From assembly GCA_043228905.1 (NCBI GenBank), contig JBHGNT010000018.1, forward strand, positions 2,666,001 through 2,730,000: a DNA stretch of 64,000 nt, in the 5' to 3' direction. The notes beneath the pieces are model-generated. The model made no database searches. It had not been told where the DNA came from and saw nothing but the letters and a program-made list of their open reading frames with translations. Shown here piece by piece: positions 12,602 to 25,689 of this stretch. The position numbers and the translations under genes were made by a program. Within the stretch, counting starts at the first letter, position 1; the number at the start of each line of letters is the position of its first letter. This stretch comes from Azolla caroliniana. Lineage: Eukaryota; Plantae; Polypodiophyta.

Positions 12602-14540
12602 AATGATGTTGTGTTGTTACGCTCTCGTGTGTGAGATGAGGCGGGACCGTGGGGGCCCCGAACCAAGGAGCGTGAGAAAGAAGAGGGAGAGTGATTCACA
12701 GAAACACAAGGAAGGAGATGGGAACGACAGATTCAATTACAATGTCAACAATGATTACAGCCGGCAAACCGGCAACAGACCCAAAACGGAGGTCCCACGC
12801 ACACACACGGATGACACATAGAATGCACGGTGGAGCCTCTGTTGGAAGCACACGGGCTTACACGCAGTAGAGGCAACCGACACAGAAACGTAGTGGAGAG
12901 CAACAGTTGAGGAGGAGAGAGCTCGGTCCCTAGTCCGACAACACTTCCTCCTCGCCAAAATGCGATACCTATCTTCTTCTTCTCCCCTCCCTTTTATAGG
13001 TCGCCGAGGAGACCGTTACATCAAAACACATCAACTTTATTCTCTGTCCTTTCGGATAGAGATACGCATCGATTCCCTAGATAATTAATACCCTTCCTAG
13101 TACATATGTACATCAGCCGATCTATTCCTAGCTATGTACAATTCATAAACACGCACACACACACGCGCGCGCGAAAAGGATTGGGTCACGCCTCCTCCCC
13201 TTGATTCCTCCTAGGGGCGGTTTTCTCCATGACACCGTGTGATGACATTTTTGTATAGGAATTTGGCGATGCTATGTGCGTCGGCATTAACACAAGCTTT
13301 AGCTTCCGTCCACTTGGTAGCATAGTCAGTGGCAGTGATTATGTATTGATTGAGGTTGGAATTTGGGTTGATTGGGCCGATAAAGTCGATACCCCATTTC
13401 TCGAACGGTTGCCAAGCCACTACCGGGTTTAATGTGTTGAAATCCACTTTTAATGGATGTTTGAAACACTGGCACTCATCAGATCGGCACACATATTCGT
13501 ATGTGTCTTTGAATAGTGTCGGCCACCATTGGCCGGACCGGAGGATCTTGCGTGCGGTGACCTCGTGATTGAAATGACTGCTTCTACTTCCGCAATGAGC
13601 TTGTTCGAGGACGACGACGACATCATGGTCCGTTACACACCTCTGAAGTACATCATCGTTGCCTCATCGATACAAGTTACCTTCGAGCATCGTGAAGGGG
13701 CCACATTTTCTTAACAAGACATGTGCATGTGCCCAACTTAGTTGTTTTAGGAAGGACACTCCTTCAATTAAGACACGAACGATGTCTTATGCCCATGATG
13801 GTACGGTGTCGATAGTGAATAATGTTGCATTTGGCATTTTGTCATCAACCCCAGTGGCTTCTCCGTTTGGTATTTGTGAGAAATGATCGGCTAGTGCATG
13901 GTCTTTTCCTTTTCTCACCACCACCTTGAAGTCGAACTTGAGTAAAGCTACGATCCATCGTGATATGCATCCTGTGGAGTGAGTTTTGTTTACCAAGTAG
14001 AGGAGGGCTTGATGATCTACAAAAAATGAGAAACGTGATGCCAAGAGGTAATGTCGGAATTTTTTCACGTTGTAAACCATGGCCAAAGCTTCTCGTTCTG
14101 TCGTGGAGTAATTTTGTTCCGCAACATTCAATTGACGATGTCGTGAAGATCCGTCACTACGCGCGGATCGTGAGGTGGAACCGCCGGGGTTCTGGACCAG
14201 AAGGATTTAGAGTCGATACAAGCTTTGGCGAGAAAGTACTTAAGATAGATTGGGAAAGAGAGAAGATGAGATTACACGATTGATTTGATAACGAAATTCT
14301 TCTTCTTAATTTTCATAAAAAAAAAACCGTGTTTTTCTCCTCCCCCTTCCCTCTTTTATAGATGCTCTCATGCATATGATGCATGTGAGGGTACAAGACA
14401 TGCATAAATTGCATGTTTGCCATTTGGCGCTTAAGTATTACATGTGGTGCATGCTAACCATGTCACTCATTTTAGCACTCATGGATGAGAATTTACATGT
14501 AAAAGTACAATGATAGAAATATAATTTCAACTAAATACCA

Positions 14541-14610
14541 TGGCTTAATGGTAAGCCATTTGACTCTTAACTTGGAGGTGCAAGGTTTGAATCCACACTT
14601 GCCCTCCTTG
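14541..14610 (+). promoter_or_regulatory. tRNA-like Pol III A/B-box cassette in the 3' LTR of element B
   Basis: A box TGGCTTAATGG 14541-14551; B box GGTTTGAATCC 14584-14594; CTCTTAA anticodon-like loop. Confidence 0.65.
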
Positions 14611-14654
14611 TATATGTAAATATGTATATATATTTATATATTTATTTTATCTAG

Positions 14655-14815
14655 TCGCCGATTCGCCGGATGTCGCTGCCGGATACCGGTGCCTCGCCGG
14701 ATGTCGCCGCCGGATACCGGTGCCGGATGCCGACGCTGGATACCGGTGCCTCGCCAGATGCCGCCGCCGGATTGCCGTCGGATGCCGTCGGATCACTGGC
14801 TCCATCGCCGGTCCG
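14655..14815. repeat. GCCGGA/GCCGCC-rich tandem repeat in U3 of the element B LTR (shorter version at ~28468-28572)
   Basis: Repeated GCCGGATG(T/C)CG(C/T)CGCCGGATACCGGTGCCTC units; copy number differs by 57 bp between the two LTRs. Confidence 0.85.
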
Positions 14816-15262
14816 GTTTTGGTTGGCCAAAACCCTTTTCGAGTAGCTAGCCACCTCCACTCTAAGTTCAAGTTACCTTGAACTCTCTATGCTCCACACA
14901 TAGACACAAAGATAATATCTTTTGCTCCACCTTATATATGATGAGAGCCGTATTTGTCGTGCCTATGTGGGATATCTCACAATTTTCTCTTTTCTTTTCA
15001 CAAACTTTATACCCTCATATCTTGACATTTAGTTGTCCATTTCTCGTGTAATAAAGTGCATTTGAAACCTCCATCATTTTGTACTTAGATATTAAAAATG
15101 TTTTATTCACAATTATTGTGTTATGTGATTCATACTTGATTTCGTACGTTTTATGGGATTTTCACACTATTGCCGAAAATCTTCACGACATCCACCCCCA
15201 CCAAACCGCACGTCCTCCGGTACGTGCCAAGAAGAGAAGAAGTGAGATTTCGGCTACGATGA

Positions 15263-16647
15263 TCAATTAGATTCCTCCATGTCTTCATTTTCATCCGGCC
15301 TATTATGTTCATCGTCGAGGTAATCGAGGTCAGGATCCTTGTCTTGTCTTTTCTTGAAAAGCTTTACTCTTTTTCCCGCAATGGGTACGGCCAACCTTGA
15401 TCCGTCTAGTTCCGCAAGGTGGTATGTGGCATTATCGTTGGCACTTGTCACCACATACGGCCCGAACCATCTTCTTGCGAACTTCCTTGTTGTACTGTGT
15501 TGATTGTCAAGGGTGCTGTCGTAAACCAAAACCGAATCCCCTTCTTCAATCTTCTTTGGACGAAGTCGATGCGTGTTGTCGAACCGAACTTTGTTCTTTA
15601 CTCGGGCTGCCTTCATCATCTTTCGCGCTTTTTCTAAATCTTCAGGTCTTCTTTCAAGTTGCCTTATCCGCGCCACTAATAACTCTTCTCGGCTCATCTC
15701 GTTCTCCCACGGTATCGCTACCCATGAGGTGATCGTTCTTTTGATGGGCATAATCGGCTTTTGTCCATACATAAGCTCCGTCGGCATATACCCTGTCACC
15801 GAGCTATGTGTCGTTCTATTGGCCCACAAGGCATAGGGTAATAGTCGTGGCCAATTCCCGACTCGACCGTTGCATGCCCGTACGATGGCTTTAACGATAG
15901 GTCCATGCCCTCGCTCGATCTTCCCATTTGCTTCCGGATTGTAGGCAGTCGTGAGGGAGAGCTTCACGCCTAGTCTTTCGAAGAGCTCCGTCGCTTCGTG
16001 CGCGTCCAACTCCCCTCGGTCGGCCACTATCTTCCCTACACATCCATATTGGCAAACAACATCTTCAAGTAGAAATTTGCAAACGGCTGAAGTCGTCTTA
16101 TTTGTCAAGGCTCGTCCTTCCACTTGATTTGTCAAGTCTTCCCTTGCGAGCGCTAAGTACTTCATTTGTCCCACTCCCATTGGCATCGAGACCAGATCCA
16201 CCATCCATTTGAAGTGAATGGTGAGTGGGTATGTCGGCTTTAACTCATCACGATGACGTATATTTGAATATATTTGGCAAGTTTCACATGTGGACATGAA
16301 ATGGAGTACATCTTTGTACATGCTTGGCCACCAGTACTTCTCCTTCAATTTTTCGAACGTCGCCCACGTTCCTCTATGACCTGCCCAAGCACTCTCGTGG
16401 AATTCGGTCATCAGCGTCTCTTGCTCTTCTTTCTTTACCACCACTCGACGTGGTATTCCTGTCCTTCTTTTTGGATGTCGCCAAAGGAATCCTCCCTTCA
16501 AGAAGTATCGATAAGCTTTCTTCCGGATTCGTAGGGCCTCCTCCTTTGTCAACGAAGCATCGGTCGTCAATGTTCTTAGGAATCTACCGATGAGTAACCA
16601 CTCTCCTTCGTACTCGTTCTCGTTGAAGGCGTGGAGGGTTTGCGTGT
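15263..16647 (-). CDS. Integrase of element B (C-terminal part of pol)
   Basis: HHCC (HESAWAGH...CETC), DDE (WMVDL, VADRGE, NGKIERGH), WFGPY, acidic tail; no chromodomain. Confidence 0.92.
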
Positions 16648-17134
16648 CCTGGTGTTAAGAGTCTATTACTAATCAATAGACCAAATCAAGTAAAAAGGAA
16701 GAAAATAGATTGGATAGAAGAACCCATTCCACCCGACCACCCCCGAGCTATGATCTAGACATAGCCAACCTACCACCGACGTCCCATACCGCCGGATATT
16801 AGGATGACTAATACCTTGGAAGAGATAAACACGATCGTCGAGACGAAAGCCTAGCCCGCACCACCGGTGTCTACGACAACAGCCTTCCGACGTGATGATC
16901 TCTATGAGGGTAGCTAAGCCTCATATTTATACCTTTTCCTAGGCCCCTTGAATAGATGTGCCTTTCTAAAAGGCTCTCTATTCATTGGTTGTCTAAATCA
17001 TGATAGTGCATGCACATATCATTCATTCTATCCAATCATTAGTCCCCTTTTTAATAATAGTGAACATACCCTTCACTAATGTAAATATTAGTGACCTACC
17101 CTCACCAACGTTATGTGTACATAACATACTCCCC

Positions 17135-20100
17135 TACTTCAAAAGATTGCACTCTTGCAATATAAAGTGAGGAAATTGTGCCTTAAGCGAATGCTCGCGT
17201 TCCCATGTGGCATCATCAATAGGTTTATCCATCCATTTGATCTTGAATAGCCGAATCTCTTTAGAACGTAAACGTTTAGTACGAGAATCAAGAATTCGTT
17301 CAGGAACATGAGGTTTGTAAGAAAAATCCTCTAATGTTACAAGATCTTGGATTGTGATGGTGTTATCACCAGAGCCTAAAAATGGTTTTAGACGACTGAC
17401 GTGAAAAACAGGATGAATACCAACGTTACGAGGTAAGGCAAGGTGATAAGCAGATGACCCAACTCACTTAAGGATTTCAAATGGGCCACAATATCGTGGG
17501 GCTAACTTAGCGCACTTGCCCGTAGATAATGACGTAGAATCAGTCGGGACACGCAAAAAAACTTTTTGACCAATAGTAAATGCACGAGGACGTCTATCCT
17601 GATTAGCATAAAATCGAGCACGATCTTGAGCTGTCTTGACATTTTCTTTGGCAATATGCAACATTTGGTTCATGTCTTGCAAAAAATTGCGTGTACTGTC
17701 TAATGTATCACGATGAATCGTGACATCAACTGGGGCACATGGCTGAAAACCATACATCAACATAAAAGGACTATATCCAGTGGATGTATGTTTAGAGCTA
17801 TTATATGCAAATTCTAAGATAGGAAGGTATTGCTCCCACTTAGAAGGGGTTTTTGCTACATAAGCTCGAAGCATGTCCTCAATAATTTGATTAACTCGTT
17901 CAGTTTGTCCATCAGACTGAGGATGATCTGCGGAACTCATGCTCAACGTAGTTTCTAGTTTCTTAAAGACCTGAGTCCAAAAGTCACTAGTAAACTTGGA
18001 ATCTCGATCACTAACAATATCCATCGGTAATCCATAAAAACGAAATAACTCATCAACAAATTGATAAGCCAACTGTTGAGCGGTTACCGTGGTTTTTGTA
18101 GGAATAAATCTAGCTAATTTTGATAGCCTGTCAACGACAACCCATATGGCATCATGACCCCTTTGTGTACGAGGTAAACTAACAATAAAATCCATCGAGA
18201 CACTTTCCCATTTATTGTTGGGAATATCTAAGGGATGTAAAAGACCAGCAGCTTTAAGTCGTTCCGACTTATTAATCTGACATTGTAAGCATTGAGTTAC
18301 GTATTTATGCACGTCAGAGCGCATCTTAGGCCAGAAAAAAGTACACGAGATGAGAACGAGTGTGCGTTGTATTCCAGGATGACCAGCAGATGGTGCATCA
18401 TGACATTCATGAAAAATTTTCTGTTTAACATTTGGTAAATCTGGAACACAGACCTTTCCACTACGGTAGAGCAAACCGTTTGTAATGTGAAAGGTCGCCT
18501 TCGAGGGTAGGGTGCTAGTATCGGCATCTAAACCAGATTCGGCTTTCGTCCAGTATTTTGAGAAATAACTGTCATCAAGGTATTTCCCTCGAAGGTGATC
18601 TAAAAGATCAGATTTTATTTCCGTGAAGCTAAGCATGTTAACTTCTTTAATGCGACTAAGAGCATCAGCAACGGTGTTCATAGAACCCTTGCGATATCGT
18701 ATGGAAAAATCAAAATCTTGCATAAGGTCAGCCCAACGGCCTTTACGACCAACAAGATCAGGCTGGTCACAAAAATACTTTAATGATTGATGGTCTGTTG
18801 TAACCACAAATTTATTTCCATAGAGATAGTGCCTCCATGTTTTAAGTGCGTGTATCACCGCAAACAACTCTTTCTCTTGAACCGAATACCGAGATTGAGC
18901 AGCATCAAGCTTCTTACTTTCAAAAGCAATAGGGTGACCACCTTGATAAAGAACGGCACCAATAGCATAATCACTAGCATCGGTTTCAATTGAGAAAGGC
19001 TTAGAAGGGTCTGGTAATAGAAGAGTGGGAGCCTGACACACATGCCCCTTGAGTGTCTCAAATGATTTGTCAAGTTGTTCATTCCATGAAATTGGTTTGA
19101 CAGACTTACGTGGATGACCTTTTAAAAGGTCAGTTAATGGCGTAGTCAATTTGGAATAGTTAAGAATTGATTTTCGTAAAAATCCAACAAACCCTAAGAA
19201 TGATCTAAGTTCACGAATATTACGAGGAATGGGCCAAAGTTTAACCTTTTCAATACGAGAAGGTTCAATTTCAACGCCATTTTTTGTAATTAAATGACCT
19301 AGGTACACAATAGATTTTTGGAAGAAGTCACATTTTGAATGTTTTGCATAGAAAGAGTTGTCACGCAACTTTCGCAAAACAAATCGAACATGTTGAACAT
19401 GATCTTGCAAGGTACGGCTATATATCAAAATATCATCCAAGAAGACGACAACAAAATCACCGAGTTGATCTCGGAAAACATCATTCATCGCTTGTTGGAA
19501 TGTGGCTGGAGCATTAGTCAACCCAAATGGCATGACTAAAAACTCATAATGGCCATAGCGCGTACGAAAAGCGGTTTTAGGAATATCATCCTCGGCGATG
19601 CGAATATGATGATAACCAGTTCGTAAGTCAATTTTCGTAAAATATCGAGCCCCGTGCAAACGATCAATCAAATCATCGGCACGAGGTAATGGATATGCAT
19701 TCTTAATTGTCATTTTATTCAAACGGCGATAATTGATACACATTCGCCACGAACCTTCCTTCTTCTTGACTAATAGAACTGGCGCACCCCAAGGTGATTT
19801 ACTATACCTAATGTGGCCCATACTCAAGTATTCCTTAAGTTGTTTAGCGATCTCATCCTCTTCTAATCGACTAAGTCGGTAAGGTGGAATGCTCACAGGA
19901 GCAACCCCAGGGATGAGTTCAATTTGATGGTCCACATTACGTTTAGGTGGTAAAGTAAGCGGTAATTCAGTAGGAAACACATCTTGAAAATCCTCTAAAA
20001 TAGAGTCGAGTAATCGTTGCTCAAAATGTGGTAATTGTGTGGCGTCAATATTAAAATAATAAAATTGAACCGCAGGATCAATTACACACGAATAAATTAA

Positions 20101-20430
20101 TGAACTAGAATACTCACTTAAAGATTTAGAAGACACAAGTGAATGAGAAGGAAGTTTGGAACATTGTATAAAATGTTTACAATTATTAAGTTCAAATGTG
20201 ATTGAGTGATTAACCCAATCAATGGACAAAGAAGGGTTTTTATTAAAAAACCAAGGATATCCTAAAATGACATCTGCGGATTGTAATTTCATAACATGAA
20301 AGTCAAGCTTCTCCAAATAAGTATCTATTTGAATTGGCAGTTGACAAACAATGCCACTGATGTATTGAATGTTTCCATTTGCCATGTGAACTTGATAGAT
20401 ATGATCACTTGCGTTTATGTGGAGCTCCAT
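17135..20430 (-). CDS. Chromovirus pol (partial protease, RT, RNase H, integrase, chromodomain) with one premature stop
   Basis: 988-aa ORF with [34 protein letters not shown] and GPF motifs; the frame continues past TGA into the chromodomain. Confidence 0.93.
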
Positions 20431-21352
20431 TTGCTGTGTGACTCGTAGATTTGTCTTGAGGAGGGGTGTTCATTGACTTCCTCTCAAGACGACGACAGGT
20501 ATCCTTTGTGTGGCCCCTCTTCTTGCAATATGCACAGAAGAGGTTCGGTTTCTTTGAGTCGCGGTCAAGAGTGTCACTGGATTGCTTATGTTTCCCAATG
20601 AACTTGACATTCGGAGTTTTGGCGAACTCAGGTTTATTGTGGTCTTTCTTGGAAGTCCTATGGTATCGCAGCACAATGTTGACGGCTTCCTCGAAAGTTG
20701 TGGGGTCCTTGTCATGGACAATCCAATGATAATCCCCATTGGGAATACCATTCAAAAAACAAGCGACAAACCATTTCTCACCCGTAAGTCCCGATTTTTG
20801 GATCTGGGTCCGAGTGTGATGCACATAATCCTCGAGAGAGGTAAATGGCTTACTAGACAATGTGAGCAAGTGTTGCGCTTGTTCGGTTTGAGAAGGTGGC
20901 TGCAAGAATTGTTTCTTAAAAACATCAACGAAACCTTCCCAAGTTGTGGGTAAGTTTTTTGCGGTCCTTAGGCCACACCACCAAGCAGCAGCTCGGCCAC
21001 CTAACTCACGACCGACATAACCAATTTTTACTGCATCGGGCTTGGGATGAAGCTCAAAGTGAGACTCCCAACGACCAAGCCAAGTGCTAATAGCCTCCTC
21101 GGTTCTTTCTTTCTTATCTCCCTTGAAAGGCGTGACTACGAAGGAAGGTTCACCTTCTTTCTTGGACTCAATAGTTAATTCTTGGAATTTCTTTTCCAAT
21201 GCCATATTGGCCTGTCTCATTTCGGCCAATTGATTCAAGGTAGTAGTGAGCAATTGCTCAATAGTGATCTCAGCTTGTGTGCGAGATGCGGATTGGGGTT
21301 GAGAGGTCTCATTTGGAGAGATCGTTCCAACTGCGTTCAAAACTTGTTCCAT
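20405..21352 (-). CDS. Chromovirus gag
   Basis: 315 aa with a retrotransposon gag core (GRAAAWW...[13 protein letters not shown]) and the CCHC knuckle [14 protein letters not shown]. Confidence 0.9.
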   Translation of the reverse strand: MEQVLNAVGTISPNETSQPQSASRTQAEITIEQLLTTTLNQLAEMRQANMALEKKFQELTIESKKEGEPSFVVTPFKGDKKERTEEAISTWLGRWESHFELHPKPDAVKIGYVGRELGGRAAAWWCGLRTAKNLPTTWEGFVDVFKKQFLQPPSQTEQAQHLLTLSSKPFTSLEDYVHHTRTQIQKSGLTGEKWFVACFLNGIPNGDYHWIVHDKDPTTFEEAVNIVLRYHRTSKKDHNKPEFAKTPNVKFIGKHKQSSDTLDRDSKKPNLFCAYCKKRGHTKDTCRRLERKSMNTPPQDKSTSHTANGAPHKRK

Positions 21353-22349
21353 GATGCACGCTGTGGGTATGCAATAAAATAAGGAGGTTCAGAAAATACA
21401 CAAGCAAAGTGAATGCTTGAAATTTTGATTGAAAGAACTTTATCCAAGAAAGTATCTCATGTCTTTACCCCTCTAGACATATGAGATGTGATTCGAGATC
21501 TGATAACTATGGTAACACTATGGTGTTTTAAAAACCATGGGGGAAAACATAGCTAAGATGTATTTCTCGGATCTCTATCTTGAGTAATCATGGCGGCTCC
21601 CCGAGGCTCAACCATGGTTCTTACATCAATGAAATTTCCTAGATAGCCTTATATTAATGCCAACCCATCATGTATTATATGGTCGAGAAAGTGTATTACG
21701 TGAAAAAACAAGTGCACTCACAAGTAATATTCTAGTCTTGCGAGCAATAAGCAAACGTGATGATAAAATGATAAAATAAGGCACTACTCATAAGAGTTAA
21801 GTAGTGACGAAAACAAGGGTAAAAAAAAAAAGAACCCATGTGTTACCTACGAAAAAAACAATGTCACAAATAAATGGGAAGTGCAAGGTATGCACATATA
21901 CATCCCAATATGATTGTTATAACTTGCACAATTGTGACATAAGCCACAAATTGATACAAGTGATGATGGTGTTGTGCGCAAAGATGTAATACTCAAATCC
22001 ATGAGTAAAACATCAATAAGGGAACTCATATGGTTTTACTCGTTTTCTAAGGCTTGATGATAAGAGTTAAACCTAGATGACCCATTGAAAAAAAAAAAAT
22101 CGTTCAACAAGCCACTCCATACGAAAAAATAGTCTACACGTAAAGGTTACATTAAAAATAAACGATGTAAATACTTTATACATGAAAAGGAAGTGGAAAA
22201 AGGAGAGTTAATTGTGGGCGGGTAAATAATAATTACTAGAAAATCATATAAGTGAAACAATACTTATGAAATTAAAATTTAATTAGAATAATCAACAATT
22301 AGGTGTATGAAATCAAACATGCCCTAAGATACGAAACCCTAGGGTAGTT

Positions 22350-22680
22350 GACATGCACCTCCTCAAGACCACCACATATCCCTAGAATCGGCCAAGTAAT
22401 GGCTAATTAAAGAGGAAAGTGGCATAGGTAAGTGACATATACCTCGTCAAGGCCACATCATCCCTTAGAATCGGCCAATTGATGGCTAATTAAAAAGGAA
22501 AGTGGCATATGTAAGCTACATATACCTTGTGAAGGCCACAACATCCCATAGAATCGGCCAATTGATGGCTTAATAGAGAGTAGAGTGGCATAGGTAGGCA
22601 ACATACACCTCGTCAAGGCCACATCATCCCTTAGAATCGGCCAAGTGATGGCTCAATAGAGGGGAAGAGTGGTATACTCA
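22350..22680. repeat. About 4 copies of an 83-bp tandem repeat in the chromovirus 5' leader
   Basis: ACCTCGTCAAGGCCACATCATCCCTTAGAATCGGCCAA units start at ~22357, 22441, 22524 and 22607. Confidence 0.88.
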
Positions 22681-23590
22681 ACATCATATGCAAAACGGCC
22701 ATGAGATAAGCGTGTGCGATTAGAGCAAACACGCTCGACCCAATGCACAAGAATAATTATTATCATAAGAGTTCAAGAGAGGAGAGAGTGGGATATATAT
22801 CGCAATATGCAAAAGGCCATGAGTTGAGCATGTGCGATTAGTGCAAACACGCTCGGCCCGATGCATAATAATAAGTAAAATCGTAGCGTAGTAGGAGGTA
22901 GAAAGAAAGAGAATAAAACGTAATACCAATTTGATTCGACCATAAAGAACGCATAATAGAAAAAGAGAAGAGATCAAAAAAGAAGAATACCGGGTTTAGA
23001 GTGTTATTTTGATCCTGAGAAGAGCATGACGAGCCTTGTTAGATCCCCCTCGCTCACACGCAAAAAACATCAAAACAACAAAAAAATTGTTAGTAAAAGC
23101 TCTGATACCACTGTTAAGAGTCTATTACTAATCAATAGACCAAATCAAGTAAAATGGAAGAAAATAGATCGGATAGAAGAACCCGTTCCACCCGACCACC
23201 CCCGAGCTATGATCTAGACATAGCCAACCTACCACCGACGTCCCATACCGCCGGATATTAGGATGACTAATACCTTGGAAGAGATAAACACGATCGTCGA
23301 GACGAAAGCCTAGCCCGCACCACCGGTGTCTACGACAGCAGCCTTCCGACGTGATGATCTCTATGAGGGTAGCTAAGCCTCATATTTATACCTTTTCCTA
23401 GGCCCCTTGAATAGATGTGCCTTTCTAAAAGGCTCTCTATTCATTGGTTGTCTAAATCATGATAGTGCATGCACATATCATTCATTCTATCCAATCATTA
23501 GTCCCCTTTTTAATAATAGTGAACATACCCTTCACTAATGTAAATATTAGTGACCTACCCTCACCAACGTTATGTGTACATAACACCTGG

Positions 23591-25689
23591 TCTTCCGCCG
23601 ACAATCGAGCCATCTTGAAGAAGTCGAGGGCGACATCTTCATCTTCCGAAACCATGTTACTTCCATTTGAAAATCTTGCCCTCGACAGCATGTCAGCCAT
23701 GGCGTTTTTCTTCCCTGCGATGTGACGGATCTCCGGGTTTAAAGACTTGATGTAGGCGATCCACCTTAGCATAGCAAGATCTGGGGTCGCACATCCCGAG
23801 ACCATTCCGAGAATTGGGAGACAATCTGTCTCTATTATCACTTCTGATCCGATTAGGTAATCTTTGTCCGTCTTCACTGCCGACACAATACCCCAAAGTT
23901 CCCGCTTGACTTGGGCATATCTTTGTTGCTGTTCGCTGAGAACCTTTGCTCCGAACCGGACGGCATATCGCGCATTATCTTCACCTTCTTGATTGATGAC
24001 CCACCCGATTCCGGTTGGGCTCGTATCTACGGTCACGTAAATTGGCTTCCCTTTGGCATAGTCGGCCTTCCTTAGTGCCGGAGCTTCAAGAAGCAGTTTC
24101 TTTAATCTTTGCATCGCCTTTGTGTGCTCGTCTCGCCATTCGAACTTTATCCTTTTCTTTAGTAGTCCATATAACGGTTCGGCGACATGAGCGTAGTGAG
24201 GAATCCATATATGATAAAACGCGCACGCTCCAAGGAACCTTCGAACCTCCGTTTGGTTTTCGCATTCTTCTTTCATGTCTTGGATTGCGTTCACTTTGGA
24301 TGGCGAGGGCTTCTGGCCGTATGCTCCACACAAGTGACCTACCACCAAGATCTCCGGTTGCCCGAATGCGGATTTTTCTCCCGAAAATGTCAAATTCGCA
24401 TCTTCGAGCCTTTGAAGCACCTTCTCGCAATCTTTCATATGATCCGCAACAAACTTTCTACAACCTTCCTTATCTTTCGATTCATCTTTCTCCTCATCCG
24501 AACATCCTTTTATCGGAATATCATCCAAGAATGGCATCGTGATGTCCGGAATGCAATCCTTCAAGACCTAATTCATGGCATTCACCATATGAGCCACCGA
24601 GTTCGTTGCACCTTGGGGTAAGGTACACATCCGCACAAGCCCGATCGGAGTCCTCATGGTTGTAATGTCCCGACTGTCGATCGCCAACTGGAATTGGTCA
24701 TATCCGGAGTAGAGATCGCCAATGGAGTAGATGGACCGGCCCGCAAACGCTTCGGCAAATTCGTCCATGCTCGGACCGATTCCGGCATTTCGAATTGTCA
24801 CCTTGTTGACGGGTTGAAGATCTTGGATGAATCGCAATGATCCATTCTTCTTCGGCACCGTGAACCACCTATTGGAATAAGGAGCATTCGACGGTTCTAG
24901 AATTCCCATACTCACCTTCTCCTTTAAGAGCTCGATCAGCTTCGGAAGGTGTGCTCTCGGAACCGGTATCGGTTTCAAGTTCCAAGGCACATGAGGCACC
25001 GTGAAGATCACCATCGGCTCTATAACCTTTGGGTCGGCGCATCCGATTTCTCGTGGGAAGAATGCGAAAGCCTTCCCATGTCTCTCAAGCATATCGCGAA
25101 ACATTCGCTCCTCTTCAGGGAGAAGGAAATCCTCATTTCCAACTCGTAGCTTCCCCTTCGTCTCTTTGGTGAAGTCATGACCTATCTTCTTCGGATCTCT
25201 TAAGCTTGGATCGTTAGCGACTTCCTTCATCTTTTGCCAACTATCTTCTGGTAGCGGAACCGCAACTGGCTTGATCTTCTTATCCACCGTTTTATATTTC
25301 GTGTTGATGTCAGCTTCCTTCATCGAGATGCCACGACGGTATTCATCGATGATAGCGTACATGTTGACGGAGTTAACCGAAATCACGCATTGGTTGTGAA
25401 GATAGCTCAAGTCCACGACGTCCTCGATTTCGCCGATGGTGTCGTTAAATGAGGCTTCTTCCATAATATGAGTCACGAACTCCCCTTCTTCTATTATATT
25501 CTCTTCTTTCAGCATCTTCTCGAATTCTTGTATCCGGCGCTTGTGCTTCTTGTCGGGTAATACTAGTTTACATGCGCCACTAGGTGTGACACATGTTGCT
25601 TCTCCTTGCAATCCACGCACTCTTCTTTCTTGTGGGGTCTTGTGATTGCTCGGACTATTTGTGCCCCATGCTTCAATAGTCCGCTCTAA
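23591..25689 (-). CDS. RT and RNase H of element B (-1 frame relative to gag-PR; one internal stop at 24568)
   Basis: DLYSGYDQF, LPQGATNS, PFLDDIPIKG, YVTVDTSPTGIG, IETDCLP; the frame is open from the slippery site at 25689. Confidence 0.92.

Larger units (their letters stand above)
2812..13234 (-). mobile_element. Element A: Ty3/gypsy LTR retrotransposon, tRNA-Trp-primed lineage, degenerate
   Basis: LTRs 2812-3431 and 12607-13234; TSD CCGT (2808-2811, 13235-13238); PBS 12584-12601; PPT next to 3432; gag-PR 11508-12578 with an internal deletion; RT 10085-11511 (PFLDDIPIKG); RNase H 5660-6530; integrase 3494-4600. Confidence 0.93.
16653..23585 (-). mobile_element. Young chromovirus-type Ty3/gypsy element nested in element B
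   Basis: 474-bp LTRs at 16653-17126 and 23112-23585 with about 4 differences by eye; 5-bp TSD CCTGG; tRNA-iMet PBS TGGTATCAGAGC 23099-23110; PPT 17127-17140; chromodomain-like tail (PERILDSR...[14 protein letters not shown]) after an in-frame stop at 17464. Confidence 0.96.

Noticed and set aside
22350-22680. CRISPR-like array
   Set aside because: Whole units repeat without unique spacers; eukaryotic retroelement leader, no cas genes.
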